DNA of 62,611 nt from positions 1 to 62,611 of the forward strand of contig CAYICS010000004.1 in the NCBI GenBank assembly GCA_964362125.1, written 5' to 3'. This DNA is from an uncultured Candidatus Saccharibacteria bacterium. Lineage in GTDB: Bacteria; Patescibacteriota; Minisyncoccia; UBA6257; UBA11618. Both the position numbers and the translations under genes were made by a program. The notes under the pieces were generated by a model. That model did not search any database, was not told where the DNA came from, and saw nothing but the letters and a program-made list of their open reading frames with translations. Shown here in pieces: positions 11,229-19,985 of this stretch (its first letter is position 1; each line of letters starts with the position of its first letter).

Positions 11229-11765
11229 ATGAGGAAAAATTTATTATTTATAACCATTCTTGCTGTTTTTATTTTTTCTCCTGTTTTTGTTTTAGGAAGA
11301 AGTCATTGTGCCTCTCTTAATAAGGATGAGTGTAAAAACCAGCTGAAAGATAACAGATGTATTTGGAAGCCAAAGAAAGGCGGGGGAGGTAGTTGTCAGA
11401 ATCCCGGGATAGTTTCTAGAACTCGATCCTCTCAAGTCTTACCCAAATCCAAATCTAAACCTCCACAGTGTTCAGGAAAAACATTGGAGCAATGTCTTAC
11501 TAATAGTCTTTGCCAATGGGTTTTTGATCCTAGTACTAATACTGGTAAGTGTCGTCCCAAAGTTCGTCCCAAAGTTGGTGTTGGTCAAAGTTTATTTGAG
11601 GTTTTACGCGGCGACCGGGCGCCGGGCCAAGCAATTAAATCTATCCGGCCCGGTCAGGCAGTCTTTGATTCAGATGTGGCGCGTCTTAAAAAATCATTTA
11701 GTCCGGGGCAAGCCGTCCGCTTCCGGCTTAAATTACAAATTCTGCACTATCTTAATCGCCGTTAA
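11229..11765 (+). CDS. Small secreted Cys-rich basic protein
   Basis: Signal peptide, two C-x6/7-C-x4/7-C-x-W modules, three PGQA repeats. Confidence 0.6.
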   Translation: MRKNLLFITILAVFIFSPVFVLGRSHCASLNKDECKNQLKDNRCIWKPKKGGGGSCQNPGIVSRTRSSQVLPKSKSKPPQCSGKTLEQCLTNSLCQWVFDPSTNTGKCRPKVRPKVGVGQSLFEVLRGDRAPGQAIKSIRPGQAVFDSDVARLKKSFSPGQAVRFRLKLQILHYLNRR

Positions 11766-11788
11766 GGGTGCTATAATATGGTTAATTA

Positions 11789-11873
11789 GGAAGGGTCGCA
11801 TAGCGGTCTATTGCAGCGGCTTGGAAAGCCGCGCCCCGCAAGGGGCTCGTGGGTTCGAATCCCACCCCTTCCG
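11789..11873 (+). tRNA. tRNA-Ser (GGA), long variable arm; CCA not encoded at this copy
   Basis: GGAAGGG/CCCTTCC acceptor stem, anticodon loop TT-GGA-AA, GGTTCGAATCC T-loop. Confidence 0.95.
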
Positions 11874-11875
11874 CA

Positions 11876-11946
11876 CTTCGGCAAGCTCAGTGCAAGCAAC
11901 TTCGGCAAGCTCAGTGCAAGCAACTTCGGCAAGCTCAGTGCAAGCA
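11876..11946 (+). repeat. Tandem repeat (CTTCGGCAAGCTCAGTGCAAGCAA)x3
   Basis: Identical 24-bp units with no spacers. Confidence 0.95.
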
Positions 11947-11967
11947 TAGGGAAACACCAAAATAACT

Positions 11968-12261
11968 ATGACTACGTGGCACGTGTATATGCTTCTTTGC
12001 GATCAGAAAACTTTTTATGTAGGCATTACCGATGATCCTAAAGAACGATTTGCAGAACACCAAGCGGGTAAGTCGCTTTTTACAAAAAAGTTTTCTGACA
12101 TTCAATTTGTCTACTGCGAAAACTATCCCACAAAGCGCGAATCAGCATCACGCGAAAAACAAATTAAGGGATGGTCGCATGCAAAGAAGCAAATGTTGAT
12201 TGATAGAAAGCTGGGATATAATTTTTGTACTGAGCTTGTTGAAGTTTTGGGGGTGGGATAA
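11968..12261 (+). CDS. Small stand-alone GIY-YIG nuclease (UPF0213/YhbQ-like)
   Basis: HVYMLL...FYVGITDD..R..H...RE.QIKGWS..KK motifs. Confidence 0.9.
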   Translation: MTTWHVYMLLCDQKTFYVGITDDPKERFAEHQAGKSLFTKKFSDIQFVYCENYPTKRESASREKQIKGWSHAKKQMLIDRKLGYNFCTELVEVLGVG

Positions 12262-12538
12262 CTTGCTCTGAGCCTGCCGAAGAGAATCCCACCCCTTCCG
12301 CCAGTTAGTAAATGAAGTTATTGGCTCGCCCGCTCCCACTTCGCCCTTCGGGCTATAAGGAACAAGTCGTGGGCTCGCCAGCCGTTTTTCGGGGAAATTT
12401 CAAGCCGTTTTGCCTGCCCGCCGAAGCCTTGGCGCAGGCAGGAATTCAAGTAAGGCCAAAAGCGGGCTTTTCTTTTCTGAATTGAAAGAAATCATAATTT
12501 TTGATAGTATAGTATAGAAGATTTGTTGAACAAATAAT

Positions 12539-12682
12539 ATGGAAACAATCAAGGAGATAAATTTTTCTGTCAAGAAAATCAGACAATCGCTTAATCAATT
12601 TACTTCGGTAAAAATTATTGACACCGACCGGAAAAACCCATCAAAAAAATCAGACCGCTTGTATTTTATTTGTAAGAAATAG
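12539..12682 (+). pseudogene. 47-aa remnant resembling a class I SAM-methyltransferase C-terminus
   Basis: Translated by hand: METIKEINFSVKK...SDRLYFICKK*; RLYFICKK end recalled from methyltransferase termini. Confidence 0.4.
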
Positions 12683-12685
12683 ATT

Positions 12686-13327
12686 ATGAAAATAGTTTTT
12701 TCTTATGATCTCAATAAGGACGTTGAAAATATCATCAATGGAACAAAATCGGTAAATAGTAAAAAACCGACAAAGTTTCAGAATCTATTTACCGAAAAAT
12801 ATGGCGACAATTTTGAAAAGGAAAAGGTCAAAACCTTTATAGAAGAACAAGACAAAGTAAATGGTTTTGACGCAAATAAAGAAATTGTCGCCATTGAAGA
12901 AAGATGGAAAATTGTCGAGCCGATTTTTATTGAACGGGTAGAAAAAATATTCGGAATTTCTTATCCAGTTTCGATAATTACTGTTTATTTAACCCATAAC
13001 GAGCGTTGCACCTACAGTATCGAAAATAATTATTTTTTCGTTAGGATTGGCTCGCAATTTTCCAACAATACGATAATGCACGAATTGTTTCATTTTTATA
13101 CATGGTACGCTTTTGGTAAAAAATCATTAGACGAGGGACTTCCAAAATTAGTGTATAATGATGTTAATGAATCTTTGACAGAACTACTCAATCTTGAATT
13201 TTCCGACCTCATGAACGGGAAACTAGACAAAGGATATCCACAACATCAAGAAATGAGGCAAAAAATTCCTGCTATCTGGTCGGAAAATAAAGATATCTTC
13301 GATGTTTTTCAAAAGTTGAAATCTTAA
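12686..13327 (+). CDS. Hypothetical protein with a gluzincin-like HExxH...E motif
   Basis: MHELFHFY and NESLTELL; AT-rich relative to core genes. Confidence 0.7.
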   Translation: MKIVFSYDLNKDVENIINGTKSVNSKKPTKFQNLFTEKYGDNFEKEKVKTFIEEQDKVNGFDANKEIVAIEERWKIVEPIFIERVEKIFGISYPVSIITVYLTHNERCTYSIENNYFFVRIGSQFSNNTIMHELFHFYTWYAFGKKSLDEGLPKLVYNDVNESLTELLNLEFSDLMNGKLDKGYPQHQEMRQKIPAIWSENKDIFDVFQKLKS

Positions 13328-13524
13328 AAACTTCTGCGGCGCGCCAGTTTTCAACTGGCACGAAATTCGGCGGCGGCGAAAGCGAGGGCGCGGTGGAAGG
13401 GGGTCTGGGAGGAATTCCGCCCGCCGACCTGCCCGCCGAAGTTTCAACGCAGGCGGGGGCCAGCCAGTTCCGTTCGGATATTTTCAAACAGACACTGCCA
13501 GTTGGGAAATGTTATTATTAATCT

Positions 13525-13947
13525 GTGTCTGGAGTGACGCTGGTAGAATTAATTTTGGTTATTGGCCTGATTGCCGCTGTAGTTTTTATTTACCTGCCCT
13601 ATCTTCGTTCTTTCCAGCAGGCCAATGATTTGAATGTGGCGGTGGAGACGGTCAAACAAGGCGTCAGCCGCGCCCAAGCCCGGGCTTTGGCCGGCGAGGA
13701 AGACAGCGGCTGGGGAGTGAAAATAGAGAACGGGAAAGCGACAATTTTCAAGGGCAGCGGTTTTGCCGGCCGCGATGCCAGCTTTGACGAGGTTTATCGT
13801 TTGCCCGGCTTGGCTGTTTTAGGCCAATCAGAAATTGTTTTTGAGAAGCTTACCGGCAAACTTTTAGCCGGACCCGGCCAGTCAGCCGCCAGCTTCAGTT
13901 TAGGCGACCAGAATTTAACCGTTGACCTCTATGGCACGGTTCAATAA
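13525..13947 (+). CDS. Type IV minor pilin / pseudopilin (FimT/GspH-like)
   Basis: G-VTLVEL prepilin motif followed by a hydrophobic helix; exact start uncertain. Confidence 0.8.
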   Translation: MSGVTLVELILVIGLIAAVVFIYLPYLRSFQQANDLNVAVETVKQGVSRAQARALAGEEDSGWGVKIENGKATIFKGSGFAGRDASFDEVYRLPGLAVLGQSEIVFEKLTGKLLAGPGQSAASFSLGDQNLTVDLYGTVQ

Positions 13948-15355
13948 CGGCTTTTCTTTAATTGAACTGGTTGTCTCTCTTGGCTTCATTGCTCTGGTTG
14001 CCGTCATTATTTTTGGAGAAATTATTTTTGGTCAGCGCACCAACTTTTTCTCTGATGATGCCACCCGAGCATCTTTTTTAGCTCAGGAAAAAATAGAAAT
14101 TTTAAGAAATATCCGCGACGCTGATTTTTTTGATCTAACCGCCGGCACGACAACGGAAACAATTGATAATTATTTTGAACGGCAGACCCAAATTACTGAT
14201 GTTGATAATTTTCGCAAGGAGGTGGTGGTAATTGTTAAAAAAATCAATCAACCGGCAGTGTCGGTGACTTTACGCGCCCGTTTTGCCAACTGGCTGGCGA
14301 CAGTTGAGGATTGGAGCCAGCCCAATCCCGAAGGCAGTTTTGATTTCACTCCGGAAAACAGCGGCTCTAACAATCACAATGCCAAGACCGTGACCGCTGT
14401 CGGCAACTATCTTTATATCGGCAACGCCAACAGCGCCGGCAAGGAATTGATTATTTTAGATATTACCAAAGTCCCGGTCTTAACTATCAAAGGGACGTTA
14501 GACTTAGACGGCAGTCCTCAAAAAATCGCTGTCTCCGGCGGCTATATTTACATCGCTTCTGATTCCAACACCGAAGAACTGCAGGTGATTGACGCCGCTG
14601 ACCCGGCCAATCCTCGGCAAATCGCCAGTTTTAATCTGACCAACGCCAACAGCGGCACTGATAATAGCGATGCCCTCTCCATCGAATCTATTGGGGTCCA
14701 ACCCCAATATATTGCGCTGGGGAGGAAGGGGGGCGCCGGCGAGGAGTTGTTTATTTTTGACGCGGCGGCGCCCACCTCGCCGCAGTTAATCGGCAAACTT
14801 CAATTAGACGGCACCCCGGCCGATCTTAAATTTTTAAATAATAAATTATTTATAGCTTCTGATGATGACGCTAAAGAATTTCAGATAGTTGATTTAGCCA
14901 ATCCCCAGTTTCCGGTTCTTATCGGCGGCTTTAATCTGGACAGCGGCAATAATACAGCTGATGCTTTGGCCCTTGATATTAAGCCGGAAGGCGATCGTCT
15001 CTACCTCGGCCGGGCCGGCAGCAACAATGCTCCGGAATTTTATCTTTTCAATATCAGCAATGCCAACGCTCCCCAGCTTTTATCTATTTTCAATGTTGGC
15101 GGCAACGGCGCTGATATTAAACATCTTTCTTTTGCCCTGACCCGCAGTTTAATTTTTGCCCTCACTGACGATACGGCCGCTGATTTTCAGACGATTAATA
15201 TTGCCAATGAACTTTCGCCGGCGCTTTTCTCCAAGTTGGATGTCAGTGGCTCGCCTAATCAAGCTGATTACAGCCCCTTGGCGCAAAAAATGTTCGTCGC
15301 CGGTCAGTCCAATCCGGAAATACAAATCGTCGCCCCAAGGCTAGTTTTCGACTAG
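13931..15355 (+). CDS. Minor pilin fused to an LVIVD-like beta-propeller
   Basis: G-FSLIEL prepilin motif; repeated ELxIxDxxxPxxPxxxGxLxLDG units. Confidence 0.85.
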   Translation: MARFNNGFSLIELVVSLGFIALVAVIIFGEIIFGQRTNFFSDDATRASFLAQEKIEILRNIRDADFFDLTAGTTTETIDNYFERQTQITDVDNFRKEVVVIVKKINQPAVSVTLRARFANWLATVEDWSQPNPEGSFDFTPENSGSNNHNAKTVTAVGNYLYIGNANSAGKELIILDITKVPVLTIKGTLDLDGSPQKIAVSGGYIYIASDSNTEELQVIDAADPANPRQIASFNLTNANSGTDNSDALSIESIGVQPQYIALGRKGGAGEELFIFDAAAPTSPQLIGKLQLDGTPADLKFLNNKLFIASDDDAKEFQIVDLANPQFPVLIGGFNLDSGNNTADALALDIKPEGDRLYLGRAGSNNAPEFYLFNISNANAPQLLSIFNVGGNGADIKHLSFALTRSLIFALTDDTAADFQTINIANELSPALFSKLDVSGSPNQADYSPLAQKMFVAGQSNPEIQIVAPRLVFD

Positions 15356-15390
15356 CCAGGTTGTAGGTTATAGGGAATAGGTTCTAGTAT

Positions 15391-15546
15391 ATGAAAATAG
15401 ATTCTTACAAAAACCTATTGGAGACACAGTTGGAGATAGCGAAACGTTTCTCATGGACTGAAAGGTCAAATTTCGATAAAGTCGATAAACTTTTAGATGA
15501 GGTCATGCGAATGTTAAACAAAATAATCAGAGAATTAAATGATTAA
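15391..15546 (+). pseudogene. Internally deleted four-helix-bundle (23S rRNA-IVP/bAvd-like) gene flanked by inverted heptamer arrays
   Basis: Translated by hand: MKIDSYKNL fused to LETQLEIAKR...LLDEVMRMLNKII; 12-bp perfect IR 15357-15368/15570-15581. Confidence 0.7.
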
Positions 15547-16033
15547 AAATCTACTACCTACAACCTACCACCTACAACCTGAAAAAGGATTCACCTTGAT
15601 TGAAGTTTTGATTTATTTGGCGGTGATGGCGGTGGTGGTGCCGCTCTTGTTGAATTTATTTGATGTAACAGTCAGTTCGGGCGCGCTTAATCGGGAAATG
15701 CGGGAAAGCCGGGCCGAAGCCAGTCGCGCTTTGCAGATAATGATCCAGATGGTGCGCAACGGCTCGGAATTAAAGAAGCCGGCATTAGGCGCCGGCGCCA
15801 GTGAACTGCAAATTGACGATAAAAGATTTTTCTTGGAAAGCGGCCAGATTAAAATTGAGGAAGGCGCCGCCGCCGTTCAGCCGCTAACCGCTGCCGGTTT
15901 TCTGGTTTCTGATCTTCAATTCTCTAATTTTTCCAGATTCGGCACAGCCGGTTTAGTCACAATCCGGTTTAAAATTAAAAGAGGCGACTATGAAAAAATC
16001 TATTACGGCGCAGCCGCGTTAAGAAGGAATTAG
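15539..16033 (+). CDS. Type IV minor pilin (PilW/GspJ-like)
   Basis: KG-FTLIEV prepilin motif; leader encoded by a heptamer repeat. Confidence 0.85.
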   Translation: MIKNLLPTTYHLQPEKGFTLIEVLIYLAVMAVVVPLLLNLFDVTVSSGALNREMRESRAEASRALQIMIQMVRNGSELKKPALGAGASELQIDDKRFFLESGQIKIEEGAAAVQPLTAAGFLVSDLQFSNFSRFGTAGLVTIRFKIKRGDYEKIYYGAAALRRN

Positions 16034-16038
16034 GATTT

Positions 16039-16443
16039 ATGAATAATGGCGAAGGAAAAAATGGATTCGTTCTTTTGTCTAATATTTTAATCATCGGCTT
16101 CGCCGCCCTGCTCATCGGCAGTGTTTTGCTTGTTCTGGGTTTACCGACACTGCGGAGCAGTGTTGTTTATCAAAGAAAAACCGAGGCCTTGGCTTTAAAT
16201 CAAAGCTGTGCCGAAGAAGCGCTCTTTCAAATTCGGCAATTTCCAACTTATACTGGCAGCGCTAATGTCACTCTTAATAATCGTATCTGCAGTTACAGCG
16301 TCACTAATCTTGGCGGCGATAATCGCAAAGTCACCATTAACAGTACCCTTGACAAGGTTGTCACTAAGACCGAGATTTTACTGACTATTGACACCTCCTC
16401 CACTATTGCTATATCTTCTTGGAAAGAGGTCGGGGAGTTCTAA
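16039..16443 (+). CDS. PilX/GspK-like minor pilin
   Basis: G-FVLL N-terminus, ALALNQSCAEEAL, last gene of the pilin cluster. Confidence 0.75.
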   Translation: MNNGEGKNGFVLLSNILIIGFAALLIGSVLLVLGLPTLRSSVVYQRKTEALALNQSCAEEALFQIRQFPTYTGSANVTLNNRICSYSVTNLGGDNRKVTINSTLDKVVTKTEILLTIDTSSTIAISSWKEVGEF

Positions 16444-16455
16444 AAAATAAAAAAA

Positions 16456-17604
16456 ATGAATAAAATTCTAACGTGGATTATAGTCATCGTCATAGTTATT
16501 GTCGGCGGTTATTATCTATTGTTCCGCGATAAGAGCGGGGTATCAGACGAGACTGGGCCGATTAAGATTGGGTTTATGGGATCCTTAACTGGTGATGCCG
16601 CTAGTTACGGTGAGCCTCAAAGAGACGCTCTTAAATTAGCTGTTGAAGATATCAATAAAAGCGGCGGTGTCAATGGGCGGCTCATCGAAGTTATTTATGA
16701 AGATGGTAAGTGCAACGGCAAGGATGGCGCTAACGCCGCCCAAAAGTTGATTAATGTTGATAAAGTAAAAGTAATTCTCGGCGGTTCTTGCAGCAGTGAA
16801 ACTCTGGCAGCTGTTCCTATTGCCGAAAAAGAAAAGGTAGTTATCGTTACCGGCTCTGCTACCAGTCCTGATCTTATAAACAAAAGCAAATTCTTCTTTC
16901 GTGTCTACCCCAATGATTCTGTTCAAGGAAGAATCTTAGCGGAAGGGGCTTACAATATAAAAGGATGGAAGAAAGTAGCGGTAGTTCAGGAACAAACAGA
17001 CTATGCTCTTGGTGTTTATAAAATCTTTGCCGCTAAGTTTGAGGAATTGGGTGGTAAATTAGTAAGAGAAGAGTTTCCTTCGACAATCACAGATTTTCGT
17101 TCGGTTCTGACTAAATTGAGAGGGGAGAAGCCAGACGCCTTATTGGTTTCTGTCCAGACAGCGGCCATGGGCGAGAGAGTATTTAAACAATTGCGAGACT
17201 TGAATTGGAAGCCGGCCTTAATAGTTAACGACGTAATTGGAGGAGATGTGCCAACAGTAACTAATAATAAAGATATTTTAGAGGGTGCTTTGGCAGCCGA
17301 CTTTCTTCTTGACGAGAATAATGAGAAATTAAAGAAATTAACAGAGACATTCAAGATAACCTACAATTCTGATATTCGTTACCCAACCTACACCAGCGCT
17401 GTTTATGACTCTTTGTATCTAATTGTCGATGCCATTAAAGCCGTCGGTTATGATGGTGAGAAAATTGCTGAATGGGCTAGGACTTCGCTTAAAGACTTTC
17501 CGGGAGCTTCTGGTTTGATCACAGTGGGGTCAGACGGAGAAAGAGTGGGCGGTCACGTTCTGAAAGTCGTCAAAAACGGCAAAGTAGAAATCTACCAGCC
17601 ATAA
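16456..17604 (+). CDS. Branched-chain amino acid ABC transporter substrate-binding protein (LivJ/K family), paralog 1
   Basis: IKIGFMGSLTG, YEDGKC, N-terminal TM anchor. Confidence 0.9.
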   Translation: MNKILTWIIVIVIVIVGGYYLLFRDKSGVSDETGPIKIGFMGSLTGDAASYGEPQRDALKLAVEDINKSGGVNGRLIEVIYEDGKCNGKDGANAAQKLINVDKVKVILGGSCSSETLAAVPIAEKEKVVIVTGSATSPDLINKSKFFFRVYPNDSVQGRILAEGAYNIKGWKKVAVVQEQTDYALGVYKIFAAKFEELGGKLVREEFPSTITDFRSVLTKLRGEKPDALLVSVQTAAMGERVFKQLRDLNWKPALIVNDVIGGDVPTVTNNKDILEGALAADFLLDENNEKLKKLTETFKITYNSDIRYPTYTSAVYDSLYLIVDAIKAVGYDGEKIAEWARTSLKDFPGASGLITVGSDGERVGGHVLKVVKNGKVEIYQP

Positions 17605-17718
17605 CCAATCTATTGAAGGTTACCTTCAATATTATGGCTTTCGCAAAGCCATATATTTGCCAAAAACTGCCCCGCGAAGCCTCTGGCGAAGTGGGGCGGT
17701 TTTTGTTATAATAGATTC

Positions 17719-17919
17719 ATGCCTTGGGATTACAGCAAAACCGAATACGAAAAGCAGGCCAAGGCCGATCCGGTGTGGCATCTGGAACGGTTACTTAATT
17801 ATGGTTTACAGGGAGAAAAGTTGGATAAAGAATTGTTAAAAAAATATCTTCCTCAATTAAAGATTCCGGATAATACTCGGGCCTTTTTAGAGTTGCTTTT
17901 ATGGGAGAAACCATTTTAA
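17719..17919 (+). CDS. Small protein resembling the partner found upstream of CPR AbiEii-like nucleotidyltransferases
   Basis: WHLERLLNYGLQGEKL...RAFLELLL; own extended -10 near 17705. Confidence 0.6.
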   Translation: MPWDYSKTEYEKQAKADPVWHLERLLNYGLQGEKLDKELLKKYLPQLKIPDNTRAFLELLLWEKPF

Positions 17920-17984
17920 CCGTTGCTGAATTAAAAAAGTTTTTCGGCGATCTGGCTAGAGAATTAGGAGCTGGAATTTTTTGA
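17901..17984 (+). pseudogene. 27-aa hollowed remnant of an AbiEii-like nucleotidyltransferase
   Basis: Translated by hand: MGETILT fused to VAELKKFFGDLARELGAGIF*; overlaps the partner 3' end. Confidence 0.5.
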
Positions 17985-18061
17985 AGCAGAGAAATTAAGG
18001 CGGTTGTAAGTTATTCACAGGCAAGCTTGCAATGTGTGTGTGTGTTCTTTATAATTTATAT

Positions 18062-18625
18062 GTGAATAAAAATTTGCTGTTGCTGTTAATTATTGTAATT
18101 TTGGTTGTAATCGGGCTGACTTTTTTACAGGACAACAACCGAAATAATCAAAGTGGCGGCGGCAGATCGCCGGGGCTTGCTATCGGCCCTCCAACCCCAA
18201 GCCCCGTTCCAGAATCATCTTTTATTCCCATTAGTATTTTCACAGGGCCTAATCCTCATTTGTTTTCTGGAGAACAATATTGTAACATTTATGAGCGAAC
18301 AGATCCTACTGGAGGAACTGGTTTCTGTACTTATACTATGACCGCCTCTTCTAAATATCTTGGAGATTTAAGAGGATCCAATTGTACATATAAATGTCAT
18401 GGACTTCTGGCATCCTCAAGTAGTAACCCCGGTAATTGTCCAAAAGATTGCGAGCCGATGAGTTTTTCTTGTCCTGAATCTTTAGAACTCACAGGATATT
18501 TACAAAGTGATCTTGTTGGAAACAACCTATCGGCTGCAAATGCAGTGGATTGTCAAAAACAAGCTAAAGAAAAATGTGGTCCTCAAGCTACTCTTGAATT
18601 TCCACTTGCTTGTGTGAAATCCTAG
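18062..18625 (+). CDS. Membrane-anchored Cys-rich secreted protein
   Basis: GTG start after TATAAT, N-terminal TM, about 9 Cys in the extracellular part. Confidence 0.65.
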   Translation: MNKNLLLLLIIVILVVIGLTFLQDNNRNNQSGGGRSPGLAIGPPTPSPVPESSFIPISIFTGPNPHLFSGEQYCNIYERTDPTGGTGFCTYTMTASSKYLGDLRGSNCTYKCHGLLASSSSNPGNCPKDCEPMSFSCPESLELTGYLQSDLVGNNLSAANAVDCQKQAKEKCGPQATLEFPLACVKS

Positions 18626-18726
18626 AGCTCTTAAGTGAATTAAAATTGAGAGACAGTAGTTGATTCAGGATGCACATTAGCCAAGGCGCGGTTTTTGCTT
18701 TTTGCTATTCAATGCTACAATAAAAA

Positions 18727-19011
18727 TTGATGAAAAAAGCCGCTAAGAAAAAGGATTTTCCGGCCAGAGATCGTTATTTCGGTGTTTTACTGGAAAAGAT
18801 GGAATCAAATTTCCGTCAAGTTTTGGAAGGACACGCCGCCCTAGATAAGAAAATAGATGATTTTCGTGAGGAGTTTATTGATTTTACAAATGAAGCTAAT
18901 TGGAAATTTAAAGAGATTTTAGATGAATTAAAAGAGTTTAAGGAGGGAAGATTTGCCGAATTAGAGAAGAGAATTAATCGGTTGGAAAAATGGGCATCCT
19001 CCCGCAATTAG
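18727..19011 (+). CDS. Small coiled-coil hypothetical protein
   Basis: Heptad pattern, RYFGVLLEK.ES.F..VLEGH; extended -10 upstream. Confidence 0.65.
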   Translation: MMKKAAKKKDFPARDRYFGVLLEKMESNFRQVLEGHAALDKKIDDFREEFIDFTNEANWKFKEILDELKEFKEGRFAELEKRINRLEKWASSRN

Positions 19012-19856
19012 TCGTTAATAGCATCATCGCCGGTTCTATCTACACTCTGGTGGCGCTGGGTTTCAATCTGATCTACGGCGCCACCAAGTTTTTCAATCTG
19101 GCTCATGGAGTTTTGGCGGCGGTTGGGGGATACACGGTTTTTTTCTTTTTCAAAGAGTGGGGCTGGAATGTTTATTTGGCGATCCTTCTGGGCGTCGCTC
19201 TGGCCGGTTTCATCGGCTATCTCTTGGATAAATTCATTTACTTTCCTCTGCGTCGGCGCGGCGCTTCCGGTATGGTCTTGCTGGTGGCGTCACTGGGCGC
19301 CTTCACCGCCATCCAAGCCATTATCGCCATTTTATTCACCAGTCAGTTTCAGACGCTGGCTCAAAATGTCGGCGGCCAGACAATTTATGAGGTTACCTCG
19401 GCTGTCATCACCCAAACTCAGGTAATCATCTTTGTTCTTGGTTTATTGATTATGGCCGGCTTGATGCTTTTGCTCAACTACACTTTATTTGGCAAAGCGG
19501 TAAAGGCCATTAGCGACGATGAAGAAGTGGCGCGGATTGTTGGTATCAATACCGACAAAATAATTGGTTGGGTATTTGGCATCGGCTCTGGGATTGCGGG
19601 ATTGGCCGGGATTATGGTGGGTTTTGATACAGGCATTGAACCAACTATGGGCATGGCCTTGTTGCTCAAAGGCGTGATTGGCGCCATCATCGGCGGCGTA
19701 GGCAACATTTACGGCGGCGTGCTTGGTTCTTTCTTGCTGGGTTTTGTGGAGAATTTTGGAATCTGGAAAATAAGTGGAGAATGGAAAGACGCGATAGCTT
19801 TTGGATTATTGATAATATTTTTACTATTTAGACCCAAGGGAATAATCCAAAAGTAA
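18990..19856 (+). CDS. livH: Branched-chain amino acid ABC permease LivH
   Basis: LVALGFNLIYG...FFNLAHG, GKAVKAIS, GGVGNIYG motifs. Confidence 0.92.
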   Translation: MGILPQLVVNSIIAGSIYTLVALGFNLIYGATKFFNLAHGVLAAVGGYTVFFFFKEWGWNVYLAILLGVALAGFIGYLLDKFIYFPLRRRGASGMVLLVASLGAFTAIQAIIAILFTSQFQTLAQNVGGQTIYEVTSAVITQTQVIIFVLGLLIMAGLMLLLNYTLFGKAVKAISDDEEVARIVGINTDKIIGWVFGIGSGIAGLAGIMVGFDTGIEPTMGMALLLKGVIGAIIGGVGNIYGGVLGSFLLGFVENFGIWKISGEWKDAIAFGLLIIFLLFRPKGIIQK

Positions 19857-19979
19857 TTTCTAATGACTAATTTCTAATGTCTAATGAAATGATTAATTCC
19901 CAATGTTAAAAAGTCGAGAGCTAATATTGTTTAGTCATTGGACATTTCATTAGGAATTAGACATTAGAAATTAGACATT
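19855..19979. repeat. Heptamer-array hairpin (TCTAATG/CATTAGA type)
   Basis: Inverted arms fill the whole livH-livM spacer. Confidence 0.85.
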
Positions 19980-19985
19980 TATATC

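Larger units (their letters stand above)
11875..12303. mobile_element. GIY-YIG mini-element at the tRNA-Ser 3' end
   Basis: 18-bp direct repeat of the tRNA 3' end (11857-11874 = 12284-12301, then CA); three tandem 24-mers on the left, two inverted copies on the right. Confidence 0.8.

Noticed and set aside
11876-11946. Possible CRISPR array
   Set aside because: The three 24-bp units are directly adjacent with no spacers, and no cas genes are present; it is the left arm of the GIY-YIG element.
15391-15546. Diversity-generating retroelement implied by the Avd-like fold
   Set aside because: No reverse transcriptase and no template/variable repeat pair with adenine-specific mismatches; the duplicated gene ends differ at synonymous sites, not specifically at A.
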